A stretch of 64,000 nt of DNA, taken from Heteronotia binoei (taxonomy: Eukaryota). A program made the translations under genes and the position numbers. The DNA lies in NCBI RefSeq assembly GCF_032191835.1, contig NC_083237.1, positions 12,152,001-12,216,000 of the forward strand. Direction: 5' to 3'. Below are positions 12,223 through 24,624 of the stretch, one piece after another (position 1 is the stretch's first letter; each line of letters opens with the position of its first letter). Below the pieces are notes generated by a model. That model was not told the DNA's origin, ran no database searches, and was given only the letters and a program-made list of their open reading frames with translations.

Positions 12223-13269
12223 TTTAAGATATAGTGTAGCAAATCTATGCAGAGTTACTTCATGTACACTGCATGATTGGTGGCCAGGAGGGTCAATGGG
12301 ACCGCATGGGTTAGAGGTTTTGGGCTTTGAATGTTGTTTGCAAGGGCCCCCTATCTTCTGAGGAGGCATTGCAGTGACATGGAGAAGAAGGGGAGTTGCG
12401 CTTCATGGACAGAAACTCGTTCCATCAATGGAAACCTTCAGATGATGCAATGAAAGTGTCTGGGCTCTTCCCAGTCTCAGAAGGATAATTTAACCTTCAG
12501 TTCTGCTTTCCAACCTTGTGAAGTGGGGGTGGGGGGAGCCTTTTATCCACTGTTTGGCTCCTCCCTTGGCCAGTCCTTTCTTCTTACTGCAATCCCCTAC
12601 TTGATCTTTGAGGTTTAGTTTGTGATTCATAGTTAAACCATGAATTGAACCATGACCCAACAGGCCAGTTCATGAACTGAACCAGTTTGTATTGGTTTGT
12701 GAGCCATTTAAGCTTAAAAACAGCAGGGAGCAAAAAGCAAGGGTTGAAATGGCTACAAGCCATATAAACCAAACAGATGAGCTGCCACCCAAGTGTTTGG
12801 CTTAAATGGCTCCATTTCATTCCTGCTTTCTGCTGACCACAGTTTTTCACAGTGAGCAGAAAGCAAGGGGTGAAATGCCTCCCAGCCATTTTATCCCCTG
12901 CTTTCTGCTCACTATGAAAAGTCACAGCCAGCAGGGGGTGAAATGGCCATTTCAGTCACAGAGAGCAGAAAGCCGCAAGGAAAAGCCATGAGAAGCAGAA
13001 AGCAAGGGGTTAAATGGCCCAGAGCCATTTAAACCAAAAACTGAGTGCAGGGAGCTTCCCTTCATGAAGCGCAACCAGGGGCTTAAACTCCCTGTTTTCT
13101 GCTCTTTATTAACCATCATGGAAATTTGTGGTGGCTCTTCAGTTCACAAATATTGCTTCGCAAACTGCAAACCAGTCCCAATTCACAATGAATTTTCATT
13201 CATCAATCAATTCACACCCATCCCTACATCTGAATACCTTGATGTGGCGATACCATCATGAGCCAATGT

Positions 13270-14560
13270 TAATATCTCTTGCCACAGTGAACAGAACTTG
13301 ACCCATGCTGGAAAATATTCACATGTGCCAGCGTATAATGGCATATGTCCACACCTCACGAAAACTGACCTTGGTTCAAACAATGGCAACTCGTGGCGAC
13401 CTCACCATGTCAAAATGGCTGTGCCAGTCTTCTAGATGGGCATTTTTCCAGCTCTCATGGAATGTACTGGTTAGATGATCTTGCCTTGCTGAAATGCTTG
13501 AAAAGATTTTAGTATACATTAATTGACAGATGTGACCACCGGCATAAAAAAAGAATTTCATCCAAGTAAGCAATATTCTCATCATCACTGTTTGGAATCT
13601 GACAAAAGGATGAAACCATAAACACTTTAATTCTCACCTGAGTGCATGCCTGGGACTCTAGGGAAGACAAGCAAGAGGGAGTCTCAAGACTCAAAAACTA
13701 CGCAACATTATAAAGACATCCTGAAAATGGAAAAGAGTGCCTGTCGGCTGATAGTATTCAGCCAATGTAGTATCCAAAGCAGCAGGCTAAAAATGAACAT
13801 TCACCTAGATGGATCCATCTGACTGGACTACTCCCACCAAAGAGACATCCCTATCTCTCCTATTTGGCTGGCAGAACAATAGAGACATCAATAAATGCCA
13901 AGAGAAAGAAGTAACAACAGAAAGACATCATCTGACTAAGGGTGTTCTCTGGCCCACGAAAGCATCTGCCATGAAATATCTCTTCATCTTGATTGACAAA
14001 GACCTGTGAATTTTGCTCCAAGTCTAATCCCTCTAGAAGAACATCCTCATCTCAGAATATTATGAAAAACTCCACTTGTAAATGTTGGGTCTAGGTGAAG
14101 TTACGTTTGGGGTAGCCCAGGTTATTTTACTCTCATTAAGCTGCCATTGGTTAAACATCCAGTGAGTTCATTGAAATGAAATCATCTGCAATTATAACAA
14201 GCTTCTATGTGTTTCTGCTAATGTTTGATACTCCGAACTCTTCTTTCTAACATCTCTCAGTAGTTTGTATCGACTCTTCCAGGAAAACTATTAGAAATTC
14301 TGCAGCAGACATACCAGTGTGCCAAACCTATTGCCACTCAGAAAGACTTTGAATGCCGGTCCTAAATGAGGTGGGGAAAGTAGTTCTATAACTTCTCCTA
14401 AGGTGAGTCAACAAAGCTGGAAAGGACTTCAAAAAGTCACATGATGTCAAAACTGTTATGCGAGTCTGGTGTCAGTTATGATGTTCTCCTAAAATGACGA
14501 TTTGTCAGTGTTCTAGATTATTTCCCCCCAGCTGTTGTAAATGACTGACGTCTAGTGATC
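13270..14560 (-). mobile_element. Highly decayed LINE (L1-like) ORF2 fragment
   Basis: Broken GGHI..MY, RE.W....RWHM and ADD-like segments in shifting frames. Confidence 0.35.
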
Positions 14561-15152
14561 CTATGCAAAAGGTCTGCTAATTAGGATTTCTAGATTCTCC
14601 AGTTCATTGTTGCAGATTTCTTTTGGGGGTAAGCATAAGTGGAGGAAAAAGGAGACAAGGATCCCATTATTTCAGAGCATGGTGTTTTTCTGGAAATCTG
14701 GGCAAGTCTTTTTGAATTCTAGTGGCCTCATTATCCATTTATTCTACCTTCCACTCCCTCCCTCAGTCAGCACCAATCAATTTTTTTAGTGACTAGACAG
14801 AAATCCTCACATGCGGTCATGTAGATCTGAAGATGGGGGGGAAATAATCCTGCACTGGAATTAGAAGTTCTGTCTGATATCTTCCTCCAGCCACATGCAG
14901 AAACCAATGAATCACTCCTCCTGCATTTAATTCTTCTCATATGATAGTGGGAAGGTGGGGGGATGACAATAAATTACAACATGGATCAGTGAGGGTCTTC
15001 TACCAAGGTACATTCAGTTTATTCAGGACAAAAACAAGTAAGCTGGCGGGGGAAGAGGAAAGGACCAAAATTCATACCATCCCCTGATAGTGTCACATCT
15101 CTGCCCAAGGCACATCCTACCCACCAAACCGGTCGATGCCTTTCTTTTTTTC

Positions 15153-15608
15153 TTCTTCGTAGAAAAAATTTTTTATTATAAGGAAAGTAGATATACATAA
15201 CAAGAAATAAACACAACACAACAAGAAGAGACAAGAATAGTAAGAACATATACATATACCAGCACACAATCTAACCACAAATAACAGTAATACAACACAT
15301 TTACCCACACCTACACACTGGGAGATGGAAAGGATAGAAATACTAGTAAGTTTTTATTGCTCCAAATCAAAACCTCTGCTTTTTGCCCAATTATACACGG
15401 GTTCCCATTCCTCCTGACATTTTTGCAAATTACCATCCCTTAGTCTTGTGGACATTAAATCAGATTCGGCGGTATCTAACAGCTTGTTAGTAAATTCCTC
15501 CCTATTAGGAGTATTGTTCGTCTTCCAATATTTAGCGTACAAAATTCTGGCGATAGTGACTATATACAATATCAGCTTCAGTTTTGGTATAGGTAGGTTT
15601 TGTCTACA
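15153..15608 (-). mobile_element. 5'-truncated L1 (ORF2 C-terminus and 3' UTR)
   Basis: IARILYAKYWK..EEW..VYNW motif; 18-bp direct repeat gatgcctttctttttttc at 15135 and 15609. Confidence 0.8.
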
Positions 15609-15700
15609 GATGCCTTTCTTTTTTTCATTCATTCAATTTCTAACCCAAAGAATAACTGCATTTCTCTTCCTGGGGGGAAAAAGGGGGGGGGGTTCCAGTT

Positions 15701-16624
15701 ATGGAGTGTTCAAATCAAACAGTACCAACTGAGTTTATCCTCGCTGGGTTGCAATATCCAAAAGAAGTGGAGCTCCCCTTGTTCCTCTTCTTCTTGATTA
15801 TGTACAGTTTGATCCTTTTGGGGAACTCACTGATTCTCTGGGTGGTGGCGTCGAACCTGCAGCTGCACAAGCCCATGTACTGGTTCCTCTGCCATTTGTC
15901 CATCCTGGATATGGCTTTCTCCTCTGTTGTCGTTCCCAAAGTGATTGCAGGATTCTTCCCCGGTGGGAAAGTCATTTCTTTGGGGGAATGTATAAGTCAG
16001 CTATTCCTTTTCCACTTCCTCGGCTGTGCGGAAAGTCTCCTTTACACCCTGATGGCTTACGACCGCTTCTTGGCTATTTGTAAGCCCCTCCATTATAGCA
16101 CCCTCATGAACTGGAAAGCCTGCCTCATCCTCTCCTTGGGGACAGTGATTGGAGGCTGCCTGAACTCAATGGGAGAGACAATGCTCACTTTTCGACTGCC
16201 CTTTGGCCAACAAAACCTGGTGGACTACATCTTTTGTGACATCCCCGCGGTACTGAAGTTGGCTTGTGCTGACACGAGACTCAATGAGATGGTGATCATG
16301 GTTGACATTGGGCTTGTGGCCATGACTTGCTTCCTCCTCATCCTTACCTCCTACGCGTATATTCTGGTGGCCATTTTGAGGATCAAAAGCAGCGAAGGGC
16401 GTCGCCGGGCCTTCTCCACTTGCTCAGCCCATGTTATAGTGGTGGGCATATATTATATCCCTGTGGTTTTCCATTACCTGAGACCAGCGTCTCAGGACTC
16501 AATGGATGCCGTGATATGTGTGTTGTATACTGCAGTAACTCCATTTTTGAATCCTGTCATATACACACTTAGGAACAAGGACATTAAGCTTGCAATAATG
16601 AAACATTGGGGTAAGAGTCCCTAG
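15701..16624 (+). CDS. Olfactory receptor, OR10G-like, intact (307 aa); most divergent paralog
   Basis: All OR motifs present (LHKPMYWFL, MAYDRFLAIC, RAFSTCSAH, PFLNPVIYTLRNKD). Confidence 0.95.
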   Translation: MECSNQTVPTEFILAGLQYPKEVELPLFLFFLIMYSLILLGNSLILWVVASNLQLHKPMYWFLCHLSILDMAFSSVVVPKVIAGFFPGGKVISLGECISQLFLFHFLGCAESLLYTLMAYDRFLAICKPLHYSTLMNWKACLILSLGTVIGGCLNSMGETMLTFRLPFGQQNLVDYIFCDIPAVLKLACADTRLNEMVIMVDIGLVAMTCFLLILTSYAYILVAILRIKSSEGRRRAFSTCSAHVIVVGIYYIPVVFHYLRPASQDSMDAVICVLYTAVTPFLNPVIYTLRNKDIKLAIMKHWGKSP

Positions 16625-16843
16625 CAGAGGTAAGAAACATTGGAATAAGAATTCCTGATGCTGCTGATACTACTGATATTATTCAGGTATCACTCACTAC
16701 CGTATGTAGAGATCAATTAAGTCTAGCTGGAAATGCCTATATTAAATTATTGTCTACTGCTTTAGCAAAGTGAATTGTTATTTATATTGATTGATTTTAT
16801 ATGTTTATTTTATGTTGTGATCTACCCTGAGCCCGCTTGCGGG

Positions 16844-17124
16844 NNNNNNNNNNNNNNNNNNNNNNNNNNNNNNNNNNNNNNNNNNNNNNNNNNNNNNNNN
16901 NNNNNNNNNNNNNNNNNNNNNNNNNNNNNNNNNNNNNNNNNNNNNNNNNNNNNNNNNNNNNNNNNNNNNNNNNNNNNNNNNNNNNNNNNNNNNNNNNNNN
17001 NNNNNNNNNNNNNNNNNNNNNNNNNNNNNNNNNNNNNNNNNNNNNNNNNNNNNNNNNNNNNNNNNNNNNNNNNNNNNNNNNNNNNNNNNNNNNNNNNNNN
17101 NNNNNNNNNNNNNNNNNNNNNNNN
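16844..17124. other. Assembly gap (N run)
   Basis: 281 N. Confidence 0.99.
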
Positions 17125-17142
17125 GAGCCAACCTTATGTAAT

Positions 17143-17401
17143 AGGAGCCATTTTGGTGTAGTGGTTAAGTGCAATGGACTCTTATCTGGGAGAACCGGGT
17201 CTTAATCCCTACTCTTCCATATGGAACTGCCAGCGTGACCTTGGGTCAGCCACAAGTTCTCTCAGAGCTGTTCTGCTCAAGAGTAGCTTCTGCCAGAGCT
17301 CTCTCAGTCCCACCTATCTCACCAGGTGTCCATTGTGGGGAGAGGAAGGGAAGGAGATTTTAAACCACTGAGACTCCGAGTGAAGGGTGGGCTATAAATC
17401 C

Positions 17402-17432
<31 letters not shown>

Positions 17433-17445
17433 CTTCTTCTTCTTC
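17143..17445 (+). mobile_element. tRNA-derived SINE with (CTT)n tail
   Basis: A and B boxes; shared body; microsatellite tail. Confidence 0.78.
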
Positions 17446-17614
17446 ACAGTTGTCTCGCTGAAAATTTATTCTTAATTTAACATGGTCTTAAATTAAATGA
17501 AATGGATTTGGGATTTCTCCAAGTAGCTCTCTAGGAATAGGAAATCTGGAAGAAATCCCCACCAGTGCTGTGCAAGATAACTTCAGAGGTTCTCCATGTT
17601 GGTTTGCAGTGGTA

Positions 17615-17780
17615 CAATCAATTTGAGTCCCATAGCACCTGAGGGACCAACAAGATTTTCAGGGTAGTAGCTTTCAAGAGTCTAAACTCCCTTCAGATCT
17701 GGTATCTGACAAAGGAAGCTTAAGATTTTCAAATGTTCATGCCTTGAAAATCTTGGTCTCCAGGGTGCTGTTGGACTTTT
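17615..17780. mobile_element. Palindromic Penelope-like terminal-repeat remnant
   Basis: gagtcc..gcacct..ctttc..cagat|atctgac..ggtgct..ggact inverted arms; related pieces at 56620-56880. Confidence 0.45.
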
Positions 17781-17870
17781 ACTGCAGAAAAAGCCCAGCA
17801 GGAACTCATTTGCATATTTGGCCACACCCCCTGATACCAAGCCAGCTGGAACTGTGTTCCTGCTCAAACT

Positions 17871-18052
17871 CAGGGCTCTTTTTCTAGCAGGAGCTCCTCT
17901 GCATATTAGGCCATGCCCCCCTGATGTAGCCAATCCTCCAAGAGCTTAGAGAGCTCTTAGTACAGGGCCTACTATAAGCTCCAGGAGGATTGGCTACATC
18001 AGGGGGCATGGCCTAATATGCAGAGGAGCTCCTGCTAGAAAAAGAGCCCTGC
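17871..18052. mobile_element. Palindromic hAT-like MITE, related to 37484-37632
   Basis: cagggctctttttctagcagg..cctgctagaaaaaagagccctg long inverted arms. Confidence 0.7.
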
Positions 18053-18715
18053 CCGAACCCATTGTTGAGTCACTTGCTTTGACTCAGTTCAGGGTGTTGG
18101 CATTTAAATCTCTTCACAGCCTGCAACCTGAATTCCTATGAAAAGACTTCTCTCTGGCGGGCTCCTTTGTTCAAAGCAGTGGAAGAACCTTACTCAGAGT
18201 AGCTTCGAGTAGACACAACTACAGAGTAGACCCACTTAGAAAGTGTGGATAGCTGGCAGGCAGAAAGGAACAGGATCTTTTCTTCAGTAGCCTGGGAACT
18301 CTAGAATGAAATTCTGGGTAAACCCCAGAAGTGTGTCTTCTTCTTGAGGTTCAGGACATTCCTTATCCATTAAGCAAAAAAAAATTGGGAAGCACTCCGC
18401 CTTTTATATGCTCTCTGCCAATTACATTTCTGATTATTTAAATATTTTGGCTTTATGAATGTTGATATATGAAATTTACACTTTATGCTTCCTACAGCTG
18501 GTTTTGTTAAGTTTAAAAATCATGTGGCGTAGCCTCAAACCACGAGAATGGCAAAAGAGAAATGCTGTAAAGAAGTATGTACACGAGTTAGGGCAATTCC
18601 TTAGCCATCACCTCCCCACCTTGGAAATCCATTTGTTTGTAGCACACATCTTTCTTGTTGCTCAGATCAATATTTTGAGTCACCTTACTAATAAAATAAT
18701 ATTGTACAGTTCCCT

Positions 18716-18985
18716 GGAGAGCCAGTTTGGTGTAGTGGTTAAGTGTGTGGACTCTTATCTGAGAGAACCAGGTTTGTTTCCCCACTCCTCCACATGCAGC
18801 TGCTAGCATGGCCTTGGGTCAACCATAGCTCTGGCAGAGGTTGTCCTTGAAAGGGAGAGCCCTCTCTAGCCCCACCCACCTCACAGGGTGTCTGTTGTGG
18901 GGGAGGAAGGTAAAGGAGATTGTGAGCCGCTCTGAGACTCTTCGGAGTGGAGGGTGGGATATAAATCCAATGTCTTCTTCTTCCT
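18716..18985 (+). mobile_element. tRNA-derived SINE (Squam3-like)
   Basis: Full head ggagagccagtttggtgtagtgg. Confidence 0.85.
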
Positions 18986-18996
18986 CTAACAAAAAG

Positions 18997-19375
18997 GAAG
19001 AAGAAGATATTGGATTTATATCCCGCCCTCCTCTCCAAAGAGTCTCAGAGCGGCTCACAATCTCCTTTACCTTCCTCCCCCACAACAGACACCTGTGAGG
19101 CAGATGAAGATATTGGATTTATATCCCACCCTCCACTCCAGAGAGTCTCAGAGTGGCTCAAAATCTCCTTTACCTTCCTCCCCCACAACAAACACCCTGT
19201 GAGGTGGGTGGGGCTGGAGAGGGCTCTCACAGCAGCTGCCCTTTCAAGGACAACCTCTGCCAGAGCTATGGCTGACCCAAGGCCATTCCAGCAGGTGCAA
19301 GTGGAGGAGTGGGGAATCAAACCCGGTTCTCCCAGATAAGAGTCTGCGCACTTAACCACTACACCAAACTGGCTC
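18997..19375 (-). mobile_element. tRNA-derived SINE with duplicated 3' segment
   Basis: Tail-to-tail with the previous SINE; about 100-bp internal repeat. Confidence 0.85.
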
Positions 19376-19476
19376 AAATATATACCACAAAAGGGTCAAA
19401 TATATACCACAAAACTGTTCATAAATGTATATGTTAATGAACGAGATAAAGTTTTCCAAATAATAATAATAAGTCA

Positions 19477-20075
19477 TAGAAGTAGTGACAGACTTCACAT
19501 TTCTGGGATCCAAGATCACCGCAGATGGTGACTGTAGCCATGAAATTAAAAGACGTTTGCTCCTTGGGAAGACAGCTACAGCGAACCTGGGCAGTATAAT
19601 AAAAAGTAGAGACATCACCCTGCCAACAAAAGTCCGTATAGTCAAAGCGATGGTATTCCCAGTAGTAATGTATGGCTGCGAGAGCTGGTCCATAAGGAAG
19701 GCCAAGCGCAGAAGAATAGATGCTTTTGAGCTGTGGTGCTGGAGAAGAATCTTGAGAGTCCCTTGGGCTGCAAGAAGTTCAAATTAGTCAGTCCTAAGGG
19801 AAATCAACCCAGACTGTTCCCTGAAAGGTCAGATGCTGAAGATGAAGCTCCAATACTTTGGCCACCAAATGAGAAGGGAGATCCTGATGCTGGGAAAGAC
19901 AGAAGGCAAAAGTAGAAGGGGACGGCAAAAGATGAGATGGCTGGACAGCGTTACTGATGTAACAAACACAAATTTGAGCAGAAGTCAGAGGATGGTGGAA
20001 GACAGGAGGGCCTGGCGTGACTTTGTCCATGGGGTCGCAAAGAGTCGGACTTGACTGTGTGACTGAACACCAAAC
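19477..20075 (+). mobile_element. BovB (RTE-clade) LINE 3' fragment
   Basis: FTFLGSKITADGDCSHEIKRRLLLG..VMYGCESW..IDAFELWCWRR; ggggtcgcaaagagtcggac 3' end. Confidence 0.9.
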
Positions 20076-20233
20076 TGATTGACTGTTTCTCTGTTTTACT
20101 GTTTTAATTTTTGTAAATTATTTAATGTATTCTACTATTTATTAAGCCGATTGTTTGAATTTTATGTTGTGAGCCGCCCTGAGCCCGCCTCGGTGGGGAG
20201 GGCGGGATATAAATCGAATAAATAAATAAATAA
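20076..20233 (+). mobile_element. L2 LINE 3' end
   Basis: gtgagccgccctgagcc..ggagggcgggatataaat with (aata)n tail; similar pieces at 16775-16843, 55010-55120 and 55424-55480. Confidence 0.7.
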
Positions 20234-21341
20234 ACAACAACAACAACAACAACGATGCTTATTTTCCCCAGTTGTTGATTTGGAAGAGCTGATTTTTAAA
20301 AAGTTCATTTGGGGTGGAGCAGACTGAGCAATGTATGTTATAAAATAAAACAAAGATTTGCACAAATGTTTTATGCTGACTTAACACCTTTTCCCCCCAT
20401 GTTGTTCTTCTGTAATTTTTTTCGGGGTGGGGGCAAAGCCTCCAACTGTGAACATTAGAACCACCTAGCCTGATAAGATGCTGCTAATGAAGAGAGGTGT
20501 TCTAAGCAGATCTATTCTGAATCCTACTCAGATCTGTTCCCTGGGGCTTATTCTAGGAAAGTGGTTTTAGCAGGGGTCGCTTTGTAGAAAAATAGGTGGC
20601 GGAGCTCATCCAGGGTTTGTTATGCAGCTGCACCTATTATTCAATGGACAAGGTAGGTGGAGAAGAGGAGGGGGAACCCTTAGAAAGGTTCAGGAGCTGC
20701 GCTTCTGTGAGCTCCTGCTGAATCCAAGGTGATCTTAGGATCACACTATGTTTAATTCTCAAAGGTTTGTTTAATTCTCAAAGGTTTCTTCAGTTCAGCA
20801 AGGAGAGGAACAGGGATATCCATCCATGCCAACTAGGCTTTCCAGTTTCCCAGTTGAGACAAGGCATCCCCCATAGCAAATCAAGTATCAGAACGGACAC
20901 CGAAAATTCATGCACGAATTTGAATTAAGATGTTGAAAAGTCTTCCAGTTGTCAATAAATGGTGGGGGGACCCAAAAGCTTCCCAGGCTCACTCCCACAA
21001 CTTCTAAGGTATCTTGGAGAGGCACAGCTTCCCAGACCTAAGGCTAGGTCTCTTGTGCCTAGAGTTGCCAGCCTCCGGGTGGGCACAAACAATGAGAACA
21101 CAACCGTGAATAAATGAACGAATCAATATCTATCAGACTTATACAAAACTATAATTTTTACCCAATGTAAAATTGCATGTGCGTTACAATATATCATTCA
21201 AAATGTCCACAAGGGTGACAGCTATCAATTGCCACAGCTCACTAGTAAATGCAAACAGACTGCTCTCGAGTAAGCAGCTTGTACAAATGTAACATGTATT
21301 GACTTGTATGATACAACAAGACTTGAAGGATTGCCTACATC

Positions 21342-21798
21342 CAGGGGTCCTTTTGTAGAAAAAGAGGTGCTAGAGCTCATTAGCGCAACTCATTTGCATA
21401 TGCCACACACCTCTGGCATCACTGGAAGGGATACTAAATTATACCAGCTCAGCATCTATCTTAAACTGCTTCCTGAATTATAATTGTCCTAATAAAACCT
21501 GACTCCCATCATACTTTTGAAATTACTTTCTCCTCTGTGGCCACAGTGGCATGAGGAAGATTTCCATTTGTCTGCTGTATAGGTTTTGGTTATTTCCCCA
21601 TTTTTTGTGAGGGAGAAATATGAGAAAGTTTGTCAAATCTTAGAGTTCAGTGAAATTCTCCCTGGGGGGTTTGAACAATGGAGCCCAGAAGCAAGTACTT
21701 TTTTTTTGGGGGGGGGGGGGTTAAGAAAGAAAGAGCACCATAAAATTTAGAGGTTCTGGAGCTCCTCTCCTGTGAGCTCCTGCCCAAAATGAGGCCTG
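21342..21798. mobile_element. Non-autonomous hAT-like element
   Basis: caggggtcctttt / caaaatgaggcctg ends; TSD cctacatc/cctatacc; shorter relative at about 20571-20731. Confidence 0.55.
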
Positions 21799-21929
21799 CC
21801 TATACCCCTCTCCAAGGAAGGGATCAGAGATGGGCTTTCCATTTTAGCTGGCTGGGCTCCATCAGAGGTAGAGGAGGAGGAGTCCAATACATTTGAGAGA
21901 ACAGCATTCTGTCATCGCACAAACACATT

Positions 21930-22193
21930 GGGCGTTTTCCCACAGAGCTTACCGCGGAGCGACGTCCCTCTTCACCACACAGCGTCTGCGCAGATTTCCC
22001 ACCAACTGCTCCACATAACCAGGAAGAGCCTGGCTTTTGTGTCGCTAATGTAAACTGGTTTTTAGCGGTTTACATCTGCGACGCAAAAGGTCCGGCTCTT
22101 CCTGGTTCTGTAGAGCAGTTGGTGGGAAATCCGCGCAGATGCTGCGCGGTGAAGAGGGACGTCGCTCCGCGGTAAGCTCTGTCGAAAACGCCC
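21930..22193. mobile_element. Fold-back MITE, PIF/Harbinger-like
   Basis: Near-perfect 264-bp palindrome gggcgtttt..aaaacgccc; CpG-rich. Confidence 0.75.
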
Positions 22194-22321
22194 TTTAATT
22201 CCACACAGAAAGTATTTTGGAAATGAACTGTGAAGCTATTTGCCAATTATGGTGATTTATTGTGACTTCTGGAGGAACTGCAATAATTTCAACTGTCTTT
22301 GGAATATGTGAGTGGAGACCC

Positions 22322-22547
22322 NNNNNNNNNNNNNNNNNNNNNNNNNNNNNNNNNNNNNNNNNNNNNNNNNNNNNNNNNNNNNNNNNNNNNNNNNNNNNNN
22401 NNNNNNNNNNNNNNNNNNNNNNNNNNNNNNNNNNNNNNNNNNNNNNNNNNNNNNNNNNNNNNNNNNNNNNNNNNNNNNNNNNNNNNNNNNNNNNNNNNNN
22501 NNNNNNNNNNNNNNNNNNNNNNNNNNNNNNNNNNNNNNNNNNNNNNN
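22322..22547. other. Assembly gap (N run)
   Basis: 226 N. Confidence 0.99.
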
Positions 22548-22900
22548 CCTCCACTCCAAAGAGTCTCAGAGCGGCTCACAATCTCCTTTACCTTCCTCCC
22601 CCACAACAGACACCTGTGAGGCAGATGAAGATATTGGATTTATATCCCACCCTCCACTCCAGAGAGTCTCAGAGCGGCTCAAAATCTCCTTTACCTTCCT
22701 CCCCCACAACAGACACCCTGTGAGGTGGGGGGGGCTGGAGAGGGCTCTCACAGCAGCTGCCCTTTCAAGGACAACCTCTGCCAGAGCTATGGCTGACCCA
22801 AGGCCATTCCAGCAGGTGCAAGTGGAGGAGTGGGGAATCAAACCTGGTTCTCCCAGATAAGAGTCAGCACACTTAACCACTAAACCAAACTGGCTCTCCA
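22548..22900 (-). mobile_element. tRNA-derived SINE with the same 3' duplication
   Basis: Near identical to 19030-19375; abuts an N gap. Confidence 0.8.
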
Positions 22901-23224
22901 GAACATAAGAGAAGCCATGTTGGATTCGGCCAATGGCCCATCCAGTCCAACGCTCTGTGTCACACAGTGGCCAATATATGTGTGTGTGCATATATACACA
23001 CACACACACACACATACATATATACACACTGTGGCTAATAGCCAGTAATGGACCTCTGCTCCATATTTTTATCCAACCCCCTCTTTAAGCTGTCTATGCT
23101 TGTAGCCGCCACCACCTCCTGTTGCAGTGAATTCCACATGTTAATCACCCTTTGGGTGAAAAATTACTTCCTTTTATCCGTTTTAACCTGACTGCTCAGC
23201 AATTTCATTGAATGCCCACGAGAA
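22901..23224 (-). mobile_element. CR1 3' end
   Basis: (agaacata)n tail and 3' UTR with a (CA/TA) tract. Confidence 0.8.
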
Positions 23225-24624
23225 GTCCGTTTGCTTTTACTAGTAAGTTATGGAAATTTATATTTGTCACCTTTGTGGCCATTTTGAATGATACGTTGTA
23301 ATGCACATGCAGTCTTACATTGTGTAAAAAATTGTAGTTTTGTATAAATCTGATAGATATCGATTGGCTAATTTATTCACGGTTGAAATACATAAGAACA
23401 TAAGAGAAGCCATGTTGGATCAGGCTAATTTATTTCAACCCTTGCTTTTTGCTCCCTGCTGTTTTTAACCTTAAATGGCTCACAAACCAATACAAACTGG
23501 TCCAGTTCATGAACTGGCCTCTTGGGTCATGGTTCAATTCATGGTTTAACTATGAATCACAAACGAAACCTCAAAGATCAAGTAGGGGGTTGCAGTAAGA
23601 AGAAAGGACTGGCCAAGGGAAGAGCCAAACAGTGGATAAAAGGCTCCCCTCCTCCCTTCACAAGGTTGGAGACTGGGAAGAGCCCAGAAACTGTCATTGC
23701 ATCACCTGAAGGTTTCCATTGATGGACCGAGTTTCCGTCCATGAAGCGCAACTCCCCTTCTTCTCCATGTCACTGCAATGGCTCCTCAGAAGATAGGGTG
23801 CCCTTGCAAACAACATTCAAAGCCCAAAACCTCTAACCCGTGCGGTCCCATTGACCCTACCGGCCACCAATCATACAGTCTACATGAAATAACTCTGCAT
23901 AGATTTGCTACACTATATCTTAAACAATAATTCCTCTAAGCTGTGGAGTCTTGTGAGCAAAAATTCTACTTTGTGAGCTACTGACATTAAAGTTGTGAAC
24001 TACTGCATAGATTAGTTTGCTCTGGGGCTATTTTTCCTGACCTGAGACAAAAATGTGTGAGCTGGAGGATAAAAACCTGGGAGGGTAAAAACCTAAACTG
24101 ACTCAGTTTAGAGGGAACACTGCTCCTCCGACATCTCTTGCATAATCCTGCCTTCATATGAAACTATATTTTGTCTATCATACAATACCATATAATATGA
24201 TAAAACTAGTCACACAGCTGCTTGCACTGAAGAAATGTAGCTTCTTTTACTGCAAGCTAATACCCCTGTATTACTTTATTTAGAAAAGAATACTTTATTT
24301 AGAAAAGAATTATATTATTCCAGGTAAATAGAAAGACAGTAACACATATAAAAATATCGGGGAAAGTTAATTAGGTACATCTTGCAAAAAAAAAAACCCA
24401 AATTACACACAATATAATAGTTAGCTATCAAATAAATGTTCAAATAACTACATTAGACCAATTGCTTGTCCTGCATTATTTATATCTTATGCAATTCTAT
24501 TTTCCCCCCAGTTTTTACTATCATCCCACATTCTAGCAGCTGTCTCAAAACCTTAACACAGGTGTTTTCTAGATGGAGCAGAGAAGCCTGTATGAAAGCT
24601 GATTACAGGTCATGCTTGACACTT

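Larger units (their letters stand above)
10409..12750. repeat. Inverted segmental duplication, partner 23432-25710
   Basis: Collinear reverse-complement identity through the OR, SINE and MITE. Confidence 0.92.

Noticed and set aside
16775-17205. ORFs spanning N runs (also 22195-22860 and 28209-28586)
   Set aside because: Artefacts of translating assembly gaps
18716-18790. tRNA genes at SINE heads
   Set aside because: A and B boxes are present but continue into the SINE body; no complete cloverleaf
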